From assembly GCF_001194135.2 (NCBI RefSeq), contig NC_068989.1, forward strand, positions 42,605,726 to 42,648,114: DNA of 42,389 nt. The letters are read 5' to 3'. A program made the position numbers and the translations under genes. A model generated the notes under the pieces. It was not told the DNA's origin. It worked only from the letters and a program-made list of their open reading frames with translations, and ran no database searches. This stretch comes from Octopus bimaculoides (taxonomy: Eukaryota). Each line of letters opens with the position of its first letter. Position 1 is the stretch's first letter. This document shows positions 34,315 to 42,389 of the stretch, piece after piece.

Positions 34315-34701
34315 ATTCATTATATTCCTTTCGAACGAAATATTCGTCTGTTAAAGATCCCTAACTGAACTTTGCTATTTGTTCTCTTTCTTCAAAAACC
34401 ATCAATCTATACAAAAGTTTTCTCTAATCCGTTACTAGATTTTAAACCTATAATTACGAAACCCCAAACGTTTAAATCATCTGATGTCGGTTTTATTTTA
34501 ATGTAATTGAATAAGATGCTCAGAGAAGACATTGTCGTACAAAAGGCACATAGAAGCGTGTGAAGGTGATTAGAAAAGGTGTAGAGAGTTGGCGTTTTTC
34601 TGTATGTTTGTGTGTGTGTGTGTGGTTAAAAGTTAAGTGGCTTGTGTGAAATCTTCTATGAGTAGAGGAAGGGCGGGTGCGGGTGTGTGGTAACAAAGGC
34701 A

Positions 34702-34826
34702 TTAATGAAGCACATGCGATTGCAAGAGCAAGGTGGATGGTGTTACTGATGTGTTCACAGGAACGTCAACAAAATGAGAAGTGTAAGAAAACGTGTATTC
34801 AAGGTTGAAAGTGCAACACAAAGTGA

Positions 34827-34868
<42 letters not shown>

Positions 34869-35339
34869 GTGTATGCGCGCGCGCATGTGTGTGTGTATGG
34901 GACTAAAACTTTCGCGCGTGCGTGCATGTGTATATGTGCGTGAGTGTATTATATATATGTCATATAATGTAATATATATCTAATATAATAAATGCGAAAA
35001 CTAATTTCTGTGTGTCAGTGTATCACACTTTTACATCCCCTCTCCCACTAATCAATGACACTTCCTCGTGCTGGGGTGAGAGTAATAGTAGACATAGAGA
35101 CAGTGAGGGTGGTGGTGAAGACACAGAAAGAGAGAAAGAGAGAGGGGAAAGAGAACGAGAGGGAGAAAGAAGAGAGACAAAGAAATTTAGGGAGAGTTCA
35201 TGGTATTTTGTATTCACTTTGTGTAGCAGGTTCACCTTTGAATAAACGTTTTCTGACACTTCTCATTTTGTTTACGTTCTTGTGAACACATCAGTAACAC
35301 CATCCACCTTGCTCTTGCAATCCGCATGTGCTTCATTAA
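34702..35339. repeat. Long inverted repeat: arms 34702-34829 and 35211-35339
   Basis: By-eye alignment gives about 10 substitutions and 1 indel in about 128 bp. Confidence 0.9.
34979..35045 (+). mobile_element. Helitron-like 5' terminus
   Basis: A|TCTAATATAATAAATGCGAAAA...TGTGTCAGTGTATCACAC; a related copy starts at 36749 (A|TCTAATATGATAAATGTGAA...GTGTCAGTGTGTCACAC). No 3' hairpin-CTRR end was identified. Confidence 0.5.
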
Positions 35340-36597
35340 AAAAGTAGTAGAGTTGATGGTAGCAATGGCAGTAATAATAAGAGAGCGAGAAAGAGTTGGT
35401 ATGTGAGAGATAGAGGGAGATGATATACAACTTCCTTGGACAGAAATTCCTGTGGTCAGCATACTGAACCAACTACTGGACACTATAATTTTTGTTTTAT
35501 TTTTGCTTTCATTAATGCATATATATATATATATATATATATATANNNNNNNNNNNNNNNNNNNNNNNNNNNNNNNNNNNNNNNNNNNNNNNNNNNNNNN
35601 NNNNNNNNNNNNNNNNNNNNNNNNNNNNNNNNNNNNNNNNNNNNNNNNNNNNNNNNNNNNNNNNNNNNNNNNNNNNNNNNNNNNNNNNNNNNNNNNNNNN
35701 NNNNNNNNNNNNNNNNNNNNNNNNNNNNNNNNNNNNNNNNNNNNNNNNNNNNNNNNNNNNNNNNNNNNNNNNNNNNNNNNNNNNNNNNNNNNNNNNNNNN
35801 NNNNNNNNNNNNNNNNNNNNNNNNNNNNNNNNNNNNNNNNNNNNNNNNNNNNNNNNNNNNNNNNNNNNNNNNNNNNNNNNNNNNNNNNNNNNNNNNNNNN
35901 NNNNNNNNNNNNNNNNNNNNNNNNNNNNNNNNNNNNNNNNNNNNNNNNNNNNNNNNNNNNNNNNNNNNNNNNNNNNNNNNNNNNNNNNNNNNNNNNNNNN
36001 NNNNNNNNNNNNNNNNNNNNNNNNNNNNNNNNNNNNNNNNNNNNNNNNNNNNNNNNNNNNNNNNNNNNNNNNNNNNNNNNNNNNNNNNNNNNNNNNNNNN
36101 NNNNNNNNNNNNNNNNNNNNNNNNNNNNNNNNNNNNNNNNNNNNNNNNNNNNNNNNNNNNNNNNNNNNNNNNNNNNNNNNNNNNNNNNNNNNNNNNNNNN
36201 NNNNNNNNNNNNNNNNNNNNNNNNNNNNNNNNNNNNNNNNNNNNNNNNNNNNNNNNNNNNNNNNNNNNNNNNNNNNNNNNNNNNNNNNNNNNNNNNNNNN
36301 NNNNNNNNNNNNNNNNNNNNNNNNNNNNNNNNNNNNNNNNNNNNNNNNNNNNNNNNNNNNNNNNNNNNNNNNNNNNNNNNNNNNNNNNNNNNNNNNNNNN
36401 NNNNNNNNNNNNNNNNNNNNNNNNNNNNNNNNNNNNNNNNNNNNNNNNNNNNNNNNNNNNNNNNNNNNNNNGAGAGAGAGAAAGTTGGTATGTGAGAGAA
36501 AGAGGGAAATGATGTACAACTTTCCTGGACAGAAATTCCTGAGGCCAGTATACTGACCAACTACTGAACACGATCATTTTTGCTTTAGTTTTTGCTT

Positions 36598-36683
<86 letters not shown>

Positions 36684-36748
36684 TGTACATACACACACAC
36701 ATATAAAATAGACTTTAATGAAATACAGTTTCTCCAAAATTAATCATA

Positions 36749-36812
36749 TCTAATATGATAAATGTGAATGGCAGTGTGTCAGTGTGTCACACTTTTTCAA
36801 CTTTACTCCCTA
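36749..36812 (+). mobile_element. Second Helitron-like 5' terminus
   Basis: Homologous to 34979-35045. Confidence 0.45.
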
Positions 36813-37226
36813 GAGGCGTAGCCCAACATATACCAGGTTGGAATCAGGCCGACTCCATAAGCAAATTAAAAACATTCTGGGATGAATCCAGACCTGCAAT
36901 TCTGAAATTTTGGTTTCCTATTTTTTCATTACAGCGATTCTTTTCGGCGATTTCTTTTACATGATTTTTAGCGACGAATATGATTATGATTGTGATATTA
37001 TTCGGGAGGAAGCAATTGCAACAAATTCTCCAAAACAAGTCAGAGATCCCATTTGAGGTTAGCTGCTTAAAAGCCGCCCGACATATATTTTTTATTGCAA
37101 TCAACATTTGAACAAACATCGACATATGTGTATGTATGTATGTATGTATGTGTGTATGTATGCATGCATGCATGTATGTATGTATGTATGTATATATATA
37201 TATATATATATATCCAAAATATTTCT

Positions 37227-37560
37227 TTTTTCAGAATGAGATAAAAAAACCAAGGCTGTGAAGATTTTAGAACATTTATAAATAGGTCTTACAGCTGTTT
37301 CCAGGATATTTATTATATCGCTTCATCGGAGACGGTGTGAGAAAATGGTTAAGCAATAGTTAATTGAGGTAAGATACGAAATAGAGAGTGAAGTGGAAGT
37401 GGATGAATGAAAATAGATGTGAGATATGCAGGGATATTGCATTTGTAGATCCATTATTTCGGCAGAATGGTATAGATAATAAGATTTCAATACCTTGTGA
37501 GTAAAATCCAATAGTATCTAAAATTGGTCATTCCAAGTATAGAGTTTGTACACAGTGCTA
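37227..37560 (-). mobile_element. Penelope-like 3' end / pseudo-LTR
   Basis: Minus ORF 37323-37511 HKVLKSYYLYHSAEIMDL loosely resembles a GIY-YIG C-terminus, followed by a minimal hammerhead; inverted partial copy at 38315-38385. Confidence 0.55.
37286..37333 (-). ncRNA. Minimal type I hammerhead ribozyme of Penelope type (U4>C in this copy)
   Basis: Minus strand GTCT-CCGATGA-A-GCGATAT-AATAA-ATATCCTG-GAAA-CAGCTG-TA-AGAC: 4-bp stem I, GATAT/ATATC stem II, palindromic ACAGCTGT stem III and a GUA site. Confidence 0.75.
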
Positions 37561-38314
37561 TTGAATCAAGGGTTTTATTTAAAGTGACCTAAAAGTAGGG
37601 AATGTATTTGTAAGGTCAAATCGAAAACAGGAAGAGCGGAATAAAGAAAAGATAAAAAAAGAAGAAAAAGAGAAGAAAAAACAGGAAGAGAGGAATAAAG
37701 AAAAGAAAGAAAAAAGAAAAGAAAGAAAACAAGGAGAGAGATAATAAGGAAAAGTGTACCAGTTAGTGGTCAGTCAAGACAATTTGAAAGTAGGAATGGG
37801 AAGATGACAGTGATAGAGAGGGAAAGATATTATAGTGTAAGAAGATAGAGGGAATGGAGGGGTGATAGAGAGAGAGGTATAAACAGTAAAGGAGTGTCAG
37901 TTAAGTAGTGATAGAGTCTAAGTGATGGGGCAGAGAGAGGGCAGTAGTATGGAATGAAGAATTTAGGAATATAGATTAGGTTGTCAGACAGATCAGTGCT
38001 TAGTAGGAGAAGAAAATATATATGTGAAGATGTATACATATGTATATATTAGACATGCGTATATATATTTATACAGATGTTTATACATATCAATATCTAC
38101 ATACAAAAATCGTACTCATGTGTATATGTACACATGCACACCCATATATACATGTATCCGTATGTATTCTCGCCCCTGTATACGCAGGTATACATAGCTT
38201 GTATATGCGTGCATGCATATGTTCGTGTATATGTATGTGTATGCGTGTATGTATGTATGTATGTATGTATGTATGTATGTATGTATGTATGTGTGAATGT
38301 ATGTACGCAAGCTA

Positions 38315-38385
38315 TGTAAGACCTATTTATAAATGTTCTAAAATCTTCACAGCTGTGTTTTTTTTTTTAATCTCATTCTGAAAAA
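38315..38385 (+). mobile_element. Inverted partial copy of the 37227-37293 segment
   Basis: TGTAAGACCTATTTATAAATGTTCTAAAATCTTCACAG...TCTCATTCTGAAAAA is the reverse complement of 37227-37293, differing mainly in and around the A-run. Confidence 0.85.
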
Positions 38386-38989
38386 GATGTTTTATATATA
38401 CACACGCTGACATATGACCTACGTTNNNNNNNNNNNNNNNNNNNNNNNNNNNNNNNNNNNNNNNNNNNNNNNNNNNNNNNNNNNNNNNNNNNNNNNNNNN
38501 NNNNNNNNNNNNNNNNNNNNNNNNNNNNNNNNNNNNNNNNNNNNNNNNNNNNNNNNNNNNNNNNNNNNNNNNNNNNNNNNNNNNNNNNNNNNNNNNNNNN
38601 NNNNNNNNNNNNNNNNNNNNNNNNNNNNNNNNNNNNNNNNNNNNNNNNNNNNNNNNNNNNNNNNNNNNNNNNNNNNNNNNNNNNNNNNNNNNNNNNNNNN
38701 NNNNNNNNNNNNNNNNNNNNNNNNNNNNNNNNNNNNNNNNNNNNNNNNNNNNNNNNNNNNNNNNNNNNNNNNNNNNNNNNNNNNNNNNNNNNNNNNNNNN
38801 NNNNNNNNNNNNNNNNNNNNNNNNNNNNNNNNNNNNNNNNNNNNNNNNNNNNNNNNNNNNNNNNNNNNNNNNTATATATATACATATATATATATACACT
38901 ACGCATATACATAAATATATATACGCTTATAAAATGTCTGTCTGTCTATCTATCTACCTATCTTTCTATCTAAATATATCTGTATGTGT

Positions 38990-39026
<37 letters not shown>

Positions 39027-39586
39027 AGTGTGTATGTGTGTGTAGTGCCCATTACAGTCACACTACGACTTTATCTTATGTTATAGCTACCATCATCGTA
39101 TCACAAACAGTATCACACTGACTGAACGAAAATTGCCTTAAGGCTGCGAATACCTGTAGAATACTCAGTCAGTTAAACTACAAATCAAGGAGTAGGTGTT
39201 TCCGTCGATTGATCATATGCAATGCGATATCCATGATGTTAGATTAAAGCCAACTCGATTTTCCTTCATGATATTGTCAATAAGATCTGAATTGAATTTA
39301 CTGTCAAAAGAGGGACGTTGACAAGATGCAGACCGATTATTTACACAAAAGCTAACGGTTACTGATAATTAAATTGGTTTGTTACCGTACATTATAAAGA
39401 AGTGTTGATATTTGATTAAGAAATCGTTTGATAAGATGAACTAACTTGTTCTGTCCAATAAGAAATTCCAAATAGTAATTGAGATAAAGTAGTTTCTTGT
39501 CTTCTACAGCAAAATCAAAATATAACGTATTGTATGTTGTGAGATACTGCGGTATGTGTGTGAACATTTGTGCTTGTGTGCGCGAG

Positions 39587-39622
<36 letters not shown>

Positions 39623-39928
39623 GCGTGTGGCTATGTGCTCGTGTGATAGATTCCAGTTCACCTAAACTATATTTCAACCAGCATTTTGTAAACAGCTTGA
39701 TTGATGACTACGGCAACATGTATGTATGTATGTATGTATGTATGTATGTATGTATGTATACACGCATGTGTGTGTATGTATGTATGTGAGTGTGTGTGTG
39801 CTTGTGTGCGTGGAGTATGTGTATGTGTGTATACAGGTGTATTTGCATATGTAATTACGTATATGCATATCGACATAGATATACATTTATCCATATTTAT
39901 ATACATATATATATGTATATATGTATAC

Positions 39929-40016
<88 letters not shown>

Positions 40017-41072
40017 GTGTTCATTGAACGTGTGTGCGCGCGCGCTTGTATGTGTAACAAGCCAAATGTTTATGAAGTATCTGTGCATTACTTACATGCT
40101 TATTCAATAATTAACTGATGAAACGACTAAGCACTCATGGTCGGAAATTCTAAATGAGTTCCATTTATATGCCTCCTAGAAATATAATTTATGTCCAAGC
40201 GAAAAATATTTATTTTTTCTGGTATGTTTATCTCGATTATATCTCCGTTCCTTCTTACTGTTTACATTATATCGTTCTGGATTTATCTAAAGCTGTTGAG
40301 TTCTCTAGTGAATTGTGCATAAAAGTATATCCTTCTTATATTCGATAACTTCTATACTTTATTTTATATTTTTGGAGCACATTATTCGTAAATTGTTTTA
40401 CCACGTGACTATATAAACCAGTACTTCTCAAACAGTATTATTTTTTTCGGTCGGTTATCGAAGGTAATACATATATGTGAAAGGGGAATAACTCGCGAGG
40501 TATGACGGTTCCATGCAGGTTTCATTTCATTAAAAATTCCATCGATTCGTATCGATAGAACCTCCTACAGTCTTTGCACCGCATGCCTTAGAAAAGCAAT
40601 AAAGCGATATTGTTAAATTGAAAATAATATAATAAAAGAAGCAGTTTGAGTATTGTTCTGATGACTTACTCATTTGGTCATACGTATTGTTTTAATGGTA
40701 TTGTACGCATGTGGCTTTGTTTACTTTTGGTGGGTTAAGCGGGACGTTAAATTAATGCTACTATAATTAGGAATATTTGAAACACTACAATATTCTGCTG
40801 CAGCTATAAGGAATTAGTAAATTTACTAATTTCGAAAGTTTTGTGGGGAGAAGCCAGTAGAATTTTAATTCTATTAAAGCCTGCGCGAATCAAAAAGACC
40901 ACTACACACGCATTCAAAAATAATAAAACAAAGGCATACACTCCTGTAACAAACACCAGCATACAGGATCAACATACAAACACAAACACCTACAACTTAA
41001 TGCATACAATGTCTTAAATGAAATATATGCACATAAATATACACACACATGCATGTGCGTGTGAGTGTGTGT

Positions 41073-41111
<39 letters not shown>

Positions 41112-41383
41112 AGACTGAGTTTGCCCTCTTAGCAAGCGGTTATGGTTTGTTTAGGCCCTAAAACCTAGAAGTTAGACAAAGAACCAGTGATACATAGCAC
41201 AATGCCATGAAAGCCAAGTTAAAAGTCATCATTGTTGGATTTAAGTACAGACATACAGACATGCCTTTAAGGTTTCGAACGTAAATCTTCCTTCAGAATA
41301 CAAATTCAAAAGAACAGAGGACAAAAAAAAAAAAAATGTCAAATAGAAGCAAAAACAGAAAATGGAAAGGAAATGTGAATCAT

Positions 41384-41813
41384 TAAAGGGCCATTTTGAA
41401 AAGGACGCAGAAATGCTGGAAAACGACAGAGATTTTCTATACTAGAGAACAAAACAGTAGATAAACTGGGATATTTTGGATGTATGTAAACGTTTTTATG
41501 TGATAGTGTGGATATGGAAGTTGTTTTAATGTGTATGTGATTATTTTGATTTGGAATTGTGTTTATCTTAATGTTCACCTTTTGATGTTTGTTAGTGTAT
41601 GTTTCTAGTGTGTTGTATATGTGTGTGTGAATGTAAATATGTAAGTGAACTTTGGTCAATTGTGTGTGTATGTATGTGTTGGTAAGTGTTGGTTTAGCTT
41701 GTGTGCATTCGTTCATGCACGGGTGTGTATATCATATTCATGTGTTGCTGTTGTGTTGTATGCGCTGTATATGTGTGCGTTGCAATTGTTTCTGCGTGTT
41801 TGTATGTTCGCAG

Positions 41814-41860
<47 letters not shown>

Positions 41861-42389
41861 NNNNNNNNNNNNNNNNNNNNNNNNNNNNNNNNNNNNNNNN
41901 NNNNNNNNNNNNNNNNNNNNNNNNNNNNNNNNNNNNNNNNNNNNNNNNNNNNNNNNNNNNNNNNNNNNNNNNNNNNNNTAAAGGGCCATTTTGAAAAGGA
42001 CGCAGAAATGCTGGAAAACGACAGAGATTTTCTATACTAGAGAACAAAACAGTAGATAAACTGGGATATTTTGGATGTATGTAAACGTTTTTATGTGATA
42101 GTGTGGATATGGAAGTTGTTTTAATGTGTATGTGATTATTTTGATTTGGAATTGTGTTTATCTTAATGTTCACCTTTTGATGTTTGTTAGTGTATGTTTC
42201 TAGTGTGTTGTATATGTGTGTGTGAATGTAAATATGTAAGTGAACTTTGGTCAATTGTGTGTGTATGTATGTGTTGGTAAGTGTTGGTTTAGCTTGTGTG
42301 CATTCGTTCATGCACGGGTGTGTATATCATATTCATGTGTTGCTGTTGTGTTGTATGCGCTGTATATGTGTGCGTTGCAATTGTTTCTG
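41384..42389. repeat. Direct duplication 41384-41794 / 41979-42389 across a gap
   Basis: The copies look identical over 411 bp by eye, and the second begins exactly at the gap edge, so this is probably an assembly artefact. Confidence 0.85.

Noticed and set aside
41384-42389. Apparent recent tandem duplication of 411 bp
   Set aside because: It looks identical and starts at the gap edge, so an unmerged contig overlap is the more likely explanation; not counted as biology.

Overview
AT-rich, repeat-saturated animal genomic DNA with 12 N-gaps (about 4.3 kb in total), nearly all next to microsatellites. The SINE content (tRNA-headed CORE-like and Meta-domain SINEs) and the microsatellite load suggest an octopus; this is recognition-based inference, not a database result. 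I find no intact protein-coding gene, rRNA, true tRNA or CRISPR array. Almost all ORF-track entries are translations of simple repeats or N-gaps. What can be supported is a set of decayed mobile elements: a 2.8-kb R4/Dong-type non-LTR retrotransposon (RT plus RLE endonuclease, CCHC knuckle deleted), Penelope-like fragments, two internally deleted mariners, RTE and Merlin fragments, about 20 SINE copies or fragments from four families, and a roughly 540-bp non-coding element embedded in (AAT)n tracts. The most interesting signal is RNA-structural. At 29885-29950 the three strands of a hammerhead ribozyme appear in reversed, non-circularly permuted order, with stems I and III in exact register. 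A canonical minimal palindromic hammerhead lies at 37286-37333, with two further relics elsewhere. There is also a pre-miRNA-shaped hairpin at 14482-14567 and a 128-bp inverted repeat at 34702-35339. All alignments, folds and translations were done by eye.
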